From contig JAYWIR010000008.1 in NCBI GenBank assembly GCA_036172245.1, forward strand, positions 434,001-498,000: a stretch of 64,000 nucleotides of DNA. Direction: 5' to 3'. Every line of letters starts with the position of its first letter. The first letter of the stretch is position 1. The notes under the pieces were generated by a model that was not told the DNA's origin, did no database searches, and worked only from the letters and a program-made list of their open reading frames with translations. Of this stretch, positions 11,236-24,974 are shown in pieces. The translations under genes were made by a program, and so were the position numbers. The stretch is from Raillietiella orientalis. Lineage: Eukaryota.

Positions 11236-14200
11236 GAGGACAAGCCAAAATCTGCCGCCACTTCTGAGAGAACGAGGAACATCGGTGCAAGATTTGAAAA
11301 GTTCGCGGATCTCCTCAGAACAGTGGGCGAATCGAGCCAATACATAACCATGAAACATAACCTTGAGCTACCATTATCAAAACACACCCCATCCTTCTGA
11401 TAATCCATGCTGCGTAAATTGGTTCAGTGGACGTGTATGGACAAGACATGGCATATGAAACCAAACCGGCTCTGATGAGCAGCAACCGACTCGAAACACT
11501 CCCCCAAAATCTCGAAAACACCGGATCCGATGATTTCTCGCTTTCTCTGTAAAGCGAGTTGCAGAACTGCAGAGCTTTTCCTGCCGAATGGGCAGCGAAC
11601 CTCTGGGCCTGCAGCAGGAGACCGAAAGCAGGGATGCAACTCGATCTGATCTGGAATGAAGAGGTTCTTTTGAGCGGCCTTCTCACACGAACCACCAGCG
11701 ACTGCTTCAGGGAGCCCACGGCAACGAAGCACAAAGATGGGAAGTGTCGCGCGTGTGCCATGAGAGCCCTTTTCCTCCTCTGCAAAGGAGAAACTGCCAT
11801 GGGGAAAAGCAAGAAGTTTCCTCGGCAGGACTGTGGGCACAGGGATGAGACTTGGAAAAAGGTGTGTAGGCAAGCCAAATACCAGGGAGCTCCGACCTAA
11901 GCGTAAACGGTGCGAAAGGAGCCTTCAGGATAAAAACTGTTTACGTTCCAGTATGAAGTGTATTTCCATGCGTGGAGCTGCAGTGGTTGAAACAACGATG
12001 CCTTCCTGAGGAAAACGACAACCGGTTAGAGGTTAATGTGTGGCGTCAGCTGATATGTTTCCGGTCATCGGCAATCGGCAGAGTTCCAGGCAAAACAAAT
12101 GTCTGCAGGTGGCAGGCTTCAGAGTGCACTGATGGATGTGACTGCCTGGAAACGTTCCTGCATTTCTGGACGCAAAACAGGCGACTGTGATCGTGTGACG
12201 GACTCGGCGAAAGTCGAACGGGAAAAGGCCTTCAGGCTTTTTTGTGAAGGAAAGGGATGGTTGGCTTTTCATCCTGGTGGACACTTTGAGGATACGCCTA
12301 CGAGCTTCATGCACGGTGAGGATAGGCTGCGAGGCAGAAGCGCTTCTGCCCCGCAGTTCGGAGCCCACGTTTACCCCTTCCACTAATACCACGGAGGCAC
12401 CTGGGGTAGGCCCTAGCAAGCCTGAGATAAGCGGAGTGGGGGAAGGAAGTATCTCGTGCACCACCCTTACCTCGTGCAGGAGCATTCCTCCTGGACTCGA
12501 ACGCTAAACAGGAAGGAGCTTCCCAACTGCAGCTTACATCCCTTCGAGCAGCCAAATGTTTCGGATGGGATCCTTCTGCCTTGAGGCGCGTTCGCGAGTT
12601 CAGCGATCCGCAGTGGACAGAGGAACCTGACCAGGCGCTCCAAGAGAGCGTGCGCTTCTGCAGCTCAAGAGGGTCCATGCGTTCCCCATTGCGACGTGCG
12701 TGTGGAGGAAAGGAAATTCCAGCTCTGGAAGCAGCTTAGCAACCCTCAATTCGGGTAGTCCATAAGAAAAGTTTTATTTTAGCCACAGTTCCGAAGCCGA
12801 TCGCACCGAGATCCAAGGAGGCGGGATCGAAAAGACCACCATTTTCAGCGGACGGCTTCATCTGGATAATAATTGCTTGAAGAGACTTTCCCATCCAAAG
12901 AAGAGCCGGGTGAAAGCCGTGATGCTTGCGAAAATCTGCTTAGGATTCAGAACCACAGATTTCAATACGCAAAACAAAGAGAAGAAGAGTTGCACAATCA
13001 ACGTTCCAAGTTCCTTAAAATCTCTGGAAGAGGAAACAAAAAAAAACAAAAGAAGAAACTGTGAGTTGTCATCCGGAGTCATGTGTTGCTACTTGTACGA
13101 AATTTATGGATTTTGTACCAACTCTCATTCCTTGGTATCGAATCTTGCTCATTACAGCACCTATGAATGTACATGTCTATGAATGCCCCAGCTCCCTAGG
13201 TGCTACAGCATCTAGGACGCTGGAGCATTCTTCCAGCGATTTTGGAAACACCGGCCCGCAAAACTCGAATGCAACGTGATGGAAATTTTTAGACCGTCAG
13301 AGGTCATTCTTTCGGTCTGGGTTTTGAGCCTCCAACGTGACAGACACTACATGCACTCGTGGTGCATGAAGAGTGCGGAAAACTGCTTAACATTAGTGGT
13401 TCATATCTCTGTCCGGTACGTGCCGGTGGTACAGAAAGACACCCATTCCAAACACCAATACGCGTACATCGCGGAATGCCACCTTACGATCACGGATGGA
13501 TCTGCTGTAAAACTCGCTTCATCTAGACAGAGGTACTGCATTCTTGAAACGCAGTCTTTGTCCATCTTTGGACAACAAACCACAAGGGTTGGAAAGGGAA
13601 TCCCCAAAGGAGGAACTTGCCAGAGCGGGCTTCCAGAAGGGAGGTTCGCCTTGCGCACCGCTGTTCATTCGAGCACCGCGAAGTTTCCGCACTGCTCACA
13701 CGCGAGCACCGCTGCAAAAAGGGAAGCAGCGGCACGCTGGCCTTCGATCTCCCTTGGCCCCCAGGGAAAGGCAACCGTTACTATCTCTTCTCAATCGCTT
13801 CGAGCCGGCAACGTTTCAGTTTCTCTGACCGGGGTGTGAATGACTCATGCAACCCATACATACCCAAACAGCTGACGGAATAGATCTCCCAAAGACAGGA
13901 ACCTCAGGAGAAAAAAATGCCCTAAAATTTTGAGTAAATCATTCAGGATCTTTTGCAGTCCCTCAATAAGCTTGGAACCAGAAACTCCCAAGGAGCATTC
14001 AGGTGCCAGGTCACCCAGAATATTGGAGCTCCCGTTCACAGCCTCGCTTAGGGAACTGGGCAGCAGGAATGCAATCAGAGATCATTATGCACAGGTCACA
14101 GCCATCGTTACCTGAACCTTTCCTGAATCTCCATTACCTCCGAGGGAAAGAGTTCATACTGCTGCTGCTGTTTCGTAGTTCCGGAGACAGCGATACCTAA

Positions 14201-16649
14201 TGGAATACAACCGTGAATGCAGGCTTAAAGGACTTCTCTGTTGTCTTTGCCCTCCCCCGCATCGCCTTGTATTTGAAAGTCACTGCTTGGCGCTAACTAT
14301 CGAGTGACACGGGCATGTTGATGCTCCCTCGACGGAATTTCTCCATGAGATGTTGCGGATGGGATGAGCCCAGCGATCAGTTCAGAACTTACATGTAGCC
14401 GACAGTACGAGCGTCACAGCGATTCCCCAAACCATCTTCGTTCTCTTGTATTCACGGTTGGCAGGATCAGTGACTTCCACAGAATCTTATAATCCTGAGT
14501 TGCATGCAGCGTGCACTTGTTCTGCTACCAGAATGGGGGATGTAGGTGTGGTGGATCGAAAATAGAATCCTCCAGCTGAAGAAATAACGTTTGCGTGCGG
14601 CAGTTCCATTTTCCGAGAAGAGGGACCACTGTCGCTCCAGATCGGCAGCTGACTTGGCCCGCCATCCATTGCAGCTCTCGCAAGGAAAACATGCAAATCC
14701 CAGCAACACTCACATCCTCTGTATAGCTGTTCTCTCAGCTCTGCTTCCATGTTGACTCTCTGGAGCCCTGTGAAGCTCGGTAGACGTGGTGAGCACCCGA
14801 TTGGTTTGCTCATTGATCCACCTGCTTGATTCATGTTAAGACGCCGCGCAAATGAAGACGTGAGTTGAAATGGCCAAAGGCTGGCAGCCAGCTTCCCGTA
14901 GGTTGCAGTCATCTCCCGCAGATACAAGGTCGCAAGTAAACTGATAGCAGCAGCGTCCTCTTGCCCGTACCAACGATGAAAGGGAAAGAATCCAGTATTT
15001 GAGATTTGCTGTTCCTCAGAACCGCTGTTCCTCTCACACACAAACAGATGCTAAGAATGTGGGAGAGACTCTTTGCACTTCTGCTTTTCCGCACTTCCCG
15101 CAATCTTCGACCTAGAAAGAGATGCCTCTTTCATTTGAATGTTTCATCTATCGTTTGGCAAGGCAGCTTGGCCACCGCACTGTTAGTGATCACTATGTCT
15201 CGTGATCCGTGATCCTGGAACACGGCTTGCATTTTGGTTTGCAGGTAGGCGCATGATGGTGGGTGGCATGGTGGTGTCCAGAGGCACGGTTTGCCTGAAG
15301 GGGTCGTGACCCCGATGTGAGGTGTGAGCTCCTCGAAAGCAAGAGGAGGTTCTCCTTGACTGCGTCCTGGAAGTGTTGGCCATTAGAAGCTGTGATTCTC
15401 TTCCTTAGCACTGCAGCGTCGGGGCATGCAACTTCCAACCCTACCGAACGCTGTGCCGCTTTGATCGATGAGGGTGCGCGGTGAGCCACTCCAGCAACAG
15501 CCACCACCGGATACTAGCGAGCACCGAAATGCCGAATTCCGCTGTTGTTTTCAGATGTAGCCCGCGGTTCCTGAACCGGCGCTGGTAAACGAGGACAAGA
15601 GCTTCAAGAAACCGCTCTTTAGCAGCTGTACCAGGCGAGCCCCGGCTTGAGATCTTCACCCCAGTAGACAGCAGAGCAGTGGCTGATCCCATGAAAAGTC
15701 CGTTCCCTAGAAAGGTTCTTCGAATCACAGGAGTGCAACACGGAAGGGTTCCCTGGCTTTCGTCAGCGCGGTGCTCTCTCAGTGGATTTTCCGGTTATTT
15801 TTTCCCGGCACAGCAACACGGATCGTTCGTGCAGGGTGTCCGCAGGAGACCTGTTGTGCTTTCGTGACGTGGTGTTGCGAAACACATGTAGTGTTCTTCA
15901 CGTCATCCGTTGATGCGATCGTTTTTATCTCCTTCAAACATCAATCAGGAAACACGGTCATTACGCTGATTCTCACCTCTGGCCTTTCTTCACTCCATGT
16001 CTGCGTGGTTCCGCAGGCTTCACCTGAGCTTAGAAGGCACTTCAGCTGCACCGTGCGGGCGTAAGTAAAAACCTGAGATGAGCTTTCCACATATCGATTG
16101 CAATCGGCATCGTGTTTACTTTCTTAAACGCCTCCAGACTAAAGTCTGATCTAAAAGCCTCCAGAAAGGAAGGCGTTACCTTTTTTACCTGGAGACAAAC
16201 CTCATATTCAGTCTGACCTTAATTGAGCGACTGCGTCGCCAGAGTTAGTCCTGTCCCTGGAGATCAGGAACCTAAATGGAGTGCTTGAGAATTGTAAGTG
16301 AGGAGGAACACGAAGAGCAGCGGCAGACACTCATCTCTCTGTTCCACGACTGGGCTTTCTACTGGGATGTAACCATGACATTGGCTGTTGAAATACCTGC
16401 GCTTCGGCTCCAGGGATGCATCTTCGGGAGCGTTGTTTCGGTTTCTCGTAGAGACCCAGCCTTCGTAACGTGTCATGTTGCCTAAGAGCACTTCACGTGA
16501 CGTCAGGTGCAGCCGACTACCGCAGAGTCTTCTTCCTAGCTGTAGTTAGGGAAAGGATGGTCAAATGTCCTTTACAACGGTCGTCAGTTATCACCCCGCG
16601 CTCAAGAGGGCACTCCGCTTGCGACGTCATGTCCTGAAGACGGACGGCC

Positions 16650-17700
16650 CTGCGTGCATTTAGGCTCTTTGTCGTCGCGGCTGCAACCAGCTTCCGTGCA
16701 TCCTTTTCAGCCAGCCGTGCGATCGCATGGTGGAGGTGCCTGCAACATTCCCTTTCGAGCTACGGTACGTGCCATTCTGAATGACTCGGACAGCTCTCTG
16801 GTCAAACGAGGTGACGGACGACCTGCTTTCAATAGGACAGAGCCGAGTGGCCCATACGCCCATCATGGGCAAACGACCTTCAGTGCGGAGCGCCACTCGA
16901 CTGCACACCGCCACCTTCCTGTGAACAGAGGTTTGTGCAGTCGTGAACGGGTCAACGCGCCTCGAGAAGGCAAGAGATGTTGGCCGCCTAAGCGCCGTAG
17001 CTCTCCTGCTGTCACCTGCTATGCGCCAGGGCAGCTCGCAGATCTGCGCATTCAGTTGCAGACGCCAAAGAGCTGCCGCGGCTCCTACAAGATGCTGGCC
17101 ACTGAGGGAACTAGGAAAGTGGAGATGACTGTCTGTGTGCGACTCCTCACCTCGCCTTGAGATTACCCACACGTGTCGCCAGCAACGGGTCTTCTTCGCA
17201 CCATCGACGGAATCGTGGACGCACCGCGGCTTTTCCATCCAGGAAAAAGTTCCTGTAAAGTTTGCCTTAGTTTCGCTTGCACCGGAGATCCTCTTCTCGG
17301 CTTGTGCTCGAAATTCCAGCTTTCATCCTAGGAAAGGCATCAGATATCTTAGGCATCCATCCGAGATCGAGAACCTTTCGAAGGCGCCACGAGGGCTTCC
17401 TCGTCCCTTTCCTGGCCCTCCTAGCGCTCTCCCCTTCTTCCTACGCACGTTTTCAATTGGAACCAATGGAAAAGCTTCCGGAGTGAGGCGTCTCGCGCAG
17501 CGAGAAAGTGGACACCCTTGCAGACCATATGGTGCTAGCACAGGAAGACACTCGTTGCAAGCAATTGCCGAGAATCCACCTCCACCCGATGGCGCCGCTT
17601 CTCAGCTCTGTATGACGACCGCGGATGGCATTCTCCAGGCAGGAACCAGCAGGACAGCCCTCTTGCTCTGTGCAAGACCAAGGCTCTTTGTCAAGGTCAG
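16650..17700 (+). mobile_element. Degenerate Gypsy-type LTR-retrotransposon pol (RT) remnant
   Basis: NIPFRATVRAILNDSDSSLVKRG ~ xVPFALRxxVExELDRLVxxG; TEPSGPYA; RGLCSRERVN; GIRYLRHPSEIENL; LVPFLALL ~ LRSFLGL. Motifs are in order but heavily decayed. Confidence 0.45.
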
Positions 17701-19142
17701 GGACATCCGGAGCCGTGGTTTCTGTTCATAAAGGCTGCTGCCTCATCTCCGCTCCTTATCTGCGAACTACGAAGAACGTTTTTATTTTTCGGATTTGCTG
17801 TGGGATGTGGGTGGAATGTCAGGGTTTCTTCCCGAAGGACGCCCTATGAGTGCATGGACATGGCAAGAAAAGCGCCCTCTTTCAACGTAGTTTCCTCACA
17901 TCCGGTAAGGAAGATGCGTCTCGCACCGTCGTTGCGACGGTAAGACACTGCGTGGACATTGGTAACTCTGCCAACCTAGTCTCGGTGCCCACGACTGACC
18001 TCAGCTAGACTTCTGCTGCTTTTGTTCCCTGGTTGCGTGCCCACAAATGCCGCCACGGAATCAAGGACCACACGGTCCAGCACACACGAACAGTTGCAGA
18101 CACTGCTTCCGTGCCAAGAATATAAGGAAACTCACCTGGAATCCTCCATGAAGACTTCCAGTCTTTGAACTTGCTGGTAAATGCAACTTGCATCCTTGCT
18201 GCCTGGGATTTCCATCATTTTCGAATCGCCCCATGCTCACTGGGAGGGATCTTGAAATCTCTCAAGATGTTTTCAAAGTGCTGGAAATTGCAAAATAGTT
18301 CGTTTTTATTTAACTTTGAGTACTAGAAATCATTTCAAGGAAGATGCCACACCCGCTGGGGATGTCTCGACCATCCTCACATCCTGTCTTTCATCTTTCT
18401 CTTTTCACTGTGTTTTGAAAGGTTTTCCCACCGGCAATGACGACTCAGCGTTGCTTCCAGCATATGTTAATGGAACACACTGTATTTCAAGGTGACCGCT
18501 TTTTTAGCTCTCCTCTTCGGAATTTCCAGAATTTCCATAATTTCCATAATTAGCTGATCCAAGCATCCCAATTATTCTTTTGCTATTTCTTTTCCTGTTT
18601 CAGGTGTCCTTTTGGAGTTGGAGCGTGCATCCAGTCTTCAATAACTGCTCTTCGCCCTCTGTCCCTTCCAATGCTGTTGGCAAATACTTTTAGAGGCGAG
18701 AGGCATCCATGGGGCTACTACTTGATCATCCCCATTCAGTAGATGACCGGACTCCGATTTCGCTCTCGAAATGGACTAGTTGGCAGCAACCAGTATTGCA
18801 ACACTTATTGTGTGGTGGTAGTGCTCGTGCTGTTCAGTAATAATCCAACTTTGGTTTCAAGCGCGTTTGTCCATGCCTTGGGGTCTTTCCACATCTTCTG
18901 CATAAGCAATCCGCTCCATTCCTTGTGACTAGTGCTTTTATTGGCAGCAAATAAAGTCGCGACACTTGTAAGATCTGTAATCTTCACGTCGAAAATGTCA
19001 TCCGTTGATTGGAAACTCTGTCGAAGCCAACTGCTGACCAATACAGTCTGCGCTCTGCTCTCGATCTGGGTGTTTCGCTAAGGCGTGTTCATGGCGTGTT
19101 GCGTGCACGCAGACTTGCTGATGGAATAGCTTCGGTTTTGCA

Positions 19143-19206
19143 AAATCTTCGCAGTCTGTCATACTCGAAATCTTGGCAATCTGTCATACTCAAGCATCTT
19201 CGCAGT
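19143..19206. repeat. ~25-bp tandem repeat, about 2.5 copies
   Basis: AATCTTCGCAGTCTGTCATACTCG / AAATCTTGGCAATCTGTCATACTC / AAGCATCTTCGCAGT. Confidence 0.7.
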
Positions 19207-20599
19207 AGATGGTCGCAGGAGCATCGAAAATTCCGAGGAACAACACTTGGCGGACTCTTTGCTTCTCATTTGTCGGTTCCTTGGGTTTTCCATGGTTTCA
19301 GCTGGTGGACTGCTTATGATTCTCATAAACTGATGCAGTGGTACGTAGTGATATGGAACTGTGCTTGCATGGTTGCGTGTATCCTAAGGATTCTACCTAC
19401 GAAGTCCGCAAGCTAGTGGGTCCACTTTCATAGGGATACTGCGCGCAACAGCAGCACTTTTGCTTAGCAGTGTGAAGTGCCACCATCTCTTTGTGTCGGA
19501 AACGCAAATCCTCATTCGCCTTTTTTTGCTTTTTTTTTTTTTTGGATCATAAACATCACCGCGGTCTGACATGCACCGAGTCGGAGCGCAAAGTCAAAAT
19601 GAAGGGATTTCCAAGAGAGAATGATATGTAGCGAATGTCTGAAGAAATTCATTACATGCCATTACATGAACTAATGCTTCTTTACCACATAACTGTGATG
19701 CTGGAGGAACGTCCCTCTCCACGTTCATGGAGAGACGTACATGCAACACTTGTTCGTTCCGGAGTCAGTAGAGGATGCTTCTGATAGAAAAATCGTGAGT
19801 TCTCTGTTCAAAAACATCTCTGAAGACTGAGTCCCTATTGAGAACAACACACCTGCACACGTCATGCAATGCCTCATAAAAAAACCGCCTTCTGTTCCTG
19901 TTCCTCAGGTTTACTCCGAGGAGTACTAGAGAAATGCTTGTGGCAATTCTACTGTTCGCTTCATTCTGTGACAGTAAGTTCCTACGATCAAGCTGTGTGT
20001 GCTCTCTTAGAAGGAATATGGAAAGAGTGAAACACAAGGATCAGCGACGCTTTCTGCCTTCCGGGATCGGTACAGGATGAGCAGCGGGAGTTGTCCGAAG
20101 TAGGGCACTCACGAGTGCATTGCTGGTCCAAGAAATCCTCCAGTATCTTGACAGGAGAAAATGATGATCGAAAAAAAATTCTTTCACGAACTAAAATTAA
20201 CGATGCTGTTTTTGCTATTCGTAGGCACCACTGCCGGCGAAGATGCGCGCCAAATCAACGTGCCATTCGGCACGCACTCCATTGCACTGCGAGTGAGGTA
20301 ACCACATCGACTTCACTCAAACCGTGCCAGTGTTTTGTCCACCCATCAGAGACCTTAGGAGGGTCCTCAATTCCACAGTAGAAGTCCTGAATAATATAGC
20401 GGAGGAGTGCAATCTTGTAGAGATCGTCATAAACGTCAAAAATTCCTGGATGATGCTTTATGGCAACTTAGGGGGACTGCTGGACGACATTTTCGAGCTG
20501 ACTTTCAAGGAAACGAAGGATCTGACGGTGTCTACATATAGGTAAGCAATGCTAAGCGTTCTGGCCCGAAACCTCAGTGGCTGGTCATATTGAGATTTC

Positions 20600-21300
20600 G
20601 TTTCACCACAGTTCGTTTCGGGCGTGGGTAAGGATTGGCGACCTGCATCTTTTGATTCTTGGCTTTCCGAGGAGACAACCGTTCGTGTTGCGAACCCAGA
20701 AGAACGCGCTCGGCTCCCCGGGTGGTGAACGAATGCCCACCGGAGATTCCAACGGGCTTTCGTCGTTCTCCGATCGTGTTTCTGGTCCTTCCTTCCAAGC
20801 TGAACAGGCAGCCGAGATTCGATCCCCCGTTCATTTCGTTCGAATGCTCCGGAAGTGCGCGGGATGGAGGAGCATTCCAAGCACAAATCAAAGAGCATCA
20901 TATTAAAAAGCCCACGCCAGAGCTCGTGGTCTGCGAGTAGAACTGTGGCGGTGCTTCGGAAACTCCTCCCCGTCTTTGGCAACTCAGCTCACAGTCGGTA
21001 ACCTGAGCATTGAAGATCTCCTGCGGGTAAAGTGGGAAGGGGAAGAACCGAGGCGCGCTGAATGAAAGACGAGTGCAGCTGCTGCCGGTTGAAATTTGAA
21101 CCCGAGCTCTCACGAAGTTTGAGAACACCTCGGGGCTTGCGTGTGGGTGGGGTCGTTTGCCGGGACTTTGAGTTCGTCTCTCTCTCAGCAGAGTGCGTCC
21201 GCTCACCATCAGAGCCTGTGACTTTGGCACGCAAGAGGTGACCTACAACTCTCAAACGTTTACGTCGCTTTCTGTCTGTCCCCAGAAACATCATCGATTT
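20600..21300 (+). mobile_element. Degenerate Gypsy-type RT remnant
   Basis: RRQPFVLRTQ, then after a frameshift RVVNECPPEIPTGFRRSPIVFLVLPSKLNRQPRF ~ RLVxEGIxEPVxxSxWASPIVxVPKxNGxxR; later RTPRGL. Confidence 0.45.
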
Positions 21301-23109
21301 CTTCAAACTTCTCTGGGAATTGTTTCTCGCATTAATTTGCGTGCTGTGGAAACTAATCAAGACTCCAAAGCTCCTGGTTAATCACACCGGATCGCTGCTC
21401 AACCTCGGTCTCCAGTGGAGCGCGGAGTTCGTATAGCAATGGAGGATTTAAGGAATCAAGGTTCAAAAGGCGCGCTGCATTCGTGTCTTCACAAAGGTGT
21501 TGTCGAGCCGGCAGAACACGTGTTTGCAAAATAAAGACGCTAAAACGAAATGCGTGTTCCGATTTTTCTTTTGTTCTTGGAGCTTGGGAGGCCACGTGTC
21601 TCATAGATCGTCACGATGAATTCTGATTTCGAGACAAACCCTCTGAGGTCTCTCAGAACAACGTGGTTCCTGCAAAACGAGCACCCAGACTCCGTAGAAT
21701 CTGTACCAGAGCTCTTTCGCAAGTAACTAGGAAACATCACGTGATCGGCTCAGGAGCGGCTCAAAGCGGTGAATAGTGGAATCTCGCGGATGCCTCTTAT
21801 AATCTCAAAGGGTTGCGAGAAAAAATACAGCGCGACAGTTTATGACGGACAAGGATTTTGTTTTCCTTGGATGGGTGGTCCACGCTACGGGATGCGGGCA
21901 CAGGATCCTCTGAAGGAAAGAAAGAGACAGAGGAGCTGCTCCTTGCGAGTCACTTTGGCCTGCTCAAGGGTCATCTTCAACTTTTTTTTAAACTCCTTGG
22001 TCTCCGCTCTCGACTGATTGCTTCTTTTTCATGGGTTTCCATGGAATCTGAGAACCCGAGAAGGCAGATTCGTAGAATTCTCAAGGCGTTCTTCCAGTGA
22101 TCGGTGGGAACATACCAAGGGTGGGCCACCTTGAAGGGCAGAGCTCGTCTGTGCTAGAAACAAGTGTGAGAGGGAGAGCAAAGCAATCTACGCGTACCAT
22201 TTGAAAATCTCCCTATGCTGCTGGATAGAGCTGCATTCAAGGGATGAGCAAACGGTGGACGCTTCTGAAATGAAGCGACAAGCATCGGGAGACTTCTGAG
22301 AACAAGTGAAAACGAAGCTGCAAAGAGACAAGAAAAGGAACAACGAATAGATAAGACAAAGGCACTGTTAGAAAGATCGGCTCCTCATGCGGTGAAGCAG
22401 AGTCATCGCTTAGACAGTCCATTAGGTAGTGGGGAAAAAAGGAAACATGGAATCTTTATCTTTTTTCCGTATTGTTCTCTGAAGAAGAAAAAAAAGCAGG
22501 AGCAGCGGTTCTTTGTTTGTAAGAACACGGGCTGGCAAAGAAAGCGGCCTATGCATGAGAAAGTGCGTCAGTGCCCAGCGAAAAAGAGCCTTCCTGAGCT
22601 CAACTTGAAAAAGATAGGGCTGCTGGAAGCGCAATGCGTTGGCTAGGGAAGAACAGAATGACCATGAAGCACAGCATGAAATTAGGGGCGTCAAAGTAAG
22701 GAGCACTCCAGAGCACATCTCTTTCTTCCTCTTCTTACCATTTTCATTCAGCAACGACAGGCTGTCCACCTGTATTCAGGGAGTTCGGGTCCAATGCCTC
22801 AATGAGAGGAACTCTATATGGAAAGACTCCTTCAAAGAGAGATGAGCTAGGGAAGCCTTTTTCTGTTGCAGCGGTCCCTTTCCAAGTATCTCGTGCCACT
22901 AACTGCGTTGGCGGAAATTGCCAGAAGAAGAAAAGTATGATGCTGCGCTACAAAGCGGTTCTTCAGTAATTTGGATACGGAATTCCTTCCCGATTTGAAT
23001 GGAACTGCTGTCTCTTGCAAGCAAACGACGAGGCAACTAACCGATTCGTTCTTCCACTTGCCGGAAGTGAGATGGGTGAGCCTCGATGCTCCCAGAGGCA
23101 GCGCCTTTC

Positions 23110-23285
23110 GTACCCCATCAGCGACCCCTCTGGGTGCACAGTCTCTTCCTAGGATAAGGGTCGGACTCGGTCGACTAGAAACGTTTCCGCTTTCGGTTCC
23201 TCTTCTTCCTTTGCTCCGAGAACGGGTATTGCCTACATGCCGCTTCTCTGAGCTCATTCTCGCAACAGGAGACCAGGAGATCCAA
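23110..23285. repeat. Direct repeat copy 1 (partner at 27563-27738)
   Basis: Shared core AAGGGTCGGACTCGGTCGACTAG...TTGCTCCGAGAACGGGTATT...CTCGCAACAGGAGACCAGGAGATCCAA; roughly 85% identical by eye. Confidence 0.85.
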
Positions 23286-24309
23286 CGTTGTTGGCGCTCC
23301 GATCGAGATCTCTCTTCACGCAAAGGTGGCAGGTTTTTGGCCACAACTTTTACCCTGGATGTGCCCACTGCTGATCGCTGGATTCAGAAGCAGAAGCAGA
23401 TACTGTTGCTCTGCTGTGAGCAAAGTCTGGAAGGAAAGTCTTTAGGTGCAGCATGGGAACCTGAACAGCATAAGCAGCTGGGAAGCGGCACTCTCAGATG
23501 TCGACCTTTTCCTTCCCATTGTCAAAATCGTCCCTCCCTCACACCACGATGTTTAAGTGACTGGTTGGAGGAAGTCGTAGTAATCCTTTTGTGGGTGTGC
23601 AGTGCTCACAGGGTGCTTGGAAGCGACGAAAGAGCGTGCACTGATGCCGCGGTGTACCTCATGCGTGGGCACTGCCGAAGTTGCAGCCTTCGCTGTGTTC
23701 GAACGGGAGGAACACCGCGGCAAGTCCTCATTCAGCCGAAGTTCCCTGGAAGTCAGCTCCTATTTCCAGATGAGGGGACATGGTCAAGAGGCCGCTAGGC
23801 AATGAGTTCAGGAAGCTGGAGTGCACGACCGCTTCCCCCCCCCTCCCGTTCCCACTTTTTCAGGACCGCTTTTTCTTAAAGTGCCATCCGTCCTCAACGC
23901 TGACAAAACCGCCCTTGCTGCAAGATGGGAGATCTGAGAGATGGCAGGCAACAACTGATGGCTGAACTGCAGATCAGTCGGCAAGGGATTGAGGCGTCGA
24001 TACGCAACTCGGCATGCTGACGTCACAAACCCTAATTAGAAAAACAACAACAACAGCAATTGCTGGGAAGCTCTGAACATCCTCTTAGAAGAAGAGAGCT
24101 CTTTGCGGAGACAGATGCACTCTTCCCTTGAGGTGGCAGCATGTTCCTGTTGCGTTGAGGCTTGTCTCGCAAGGATCGCGGGGTCCCCATCCTCATTCGG
24201 CTACCCCTAGGCGTTTAGTCAGAAAACAAAGGGTAAACCAGCGTGGTAGGACGTCAACAATCCATTCCGAAAGTCCAAGAATGGGGTATAAAGCGACGCT
24301 CAGGTAGGC

Positions 24310-24960
24310 TTAAAGGAAATCAAGGATAGTTGTAGGGAAAGGGAAGGGAATAAACGAAGAAAGACCGGGGCAGAGAGATGACTGCCACTGGTGGAATACT
24401 CCAGAGCCTTCTACGGAGTCCGAGCGATGCCTGCGGCGTACCCAGCTTCTTCTTTCAGATGTGGAGGTTTTTTCTCCAGCATTTCGCATCACCCAGCAAG
24501 CGAGACCATTTGGCCCCCGGGTCTTGGACCACCCACCTGGCACTGAGAATCGACGTTTCCCCCCAAGCCCTGCGCAGGCTCGCAACCGGTTCCTCTTCCG
24601 GTGGCCAGTCGCGCGCGGAGCAGCACCAGAGAAGCTCCTGCAGAGTGCCTTCCGGGAAGACCAGCTCTGCCGGTTGTCGCTTTCAAGTGCTCCGGGGCGC
24701 ATCGCAGTCCAGAAGCAGGTGCGGGAACATCTCCAGCTCTGCGCACCTTGCAAAGCTCGGAAGGAGGTTTCCCCGGTTCCAGCACCGAGCTCGGCGCTGA
24801 GCTGCAAGGGAAGTCCCAGTGCATGGAAGGGGGGAGCCTCCCGATGCCTCCTGGAAGGGAGCACGAAAGAGTCCATGAATAAAGGAAGGTGTCGAACGCC
24901 TAAGGGTGGAATATTCTGGAATTTCGTCCGGAGAAGAGCTCCTTTGGTGCGGTCACTGCA
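24310..24960 (-). mobile_element. Tx1/L1-like LINE 3' fragment
   Basis: MHWDFPC...CARCAELEMFPHLLLDC across frameshifts, followed by a pyrimidine-rich UTR. Confidence 0.7.
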
Positions 24961-24974
24961 TCAGTCAACCGTCT

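Noticed and set aside
11400..15700. Assorted 60-190 aa ORFs
   Set aside because: No recognisable domains or consistent splice structure; left unassigned.
20324..20545. Non-LTR RT thumb-region fragment (INVKNSWMM ~ INVKKTKVM)
   Set aside because: A single short motif with no recognisable YADD or flanking domains; too weak to call.
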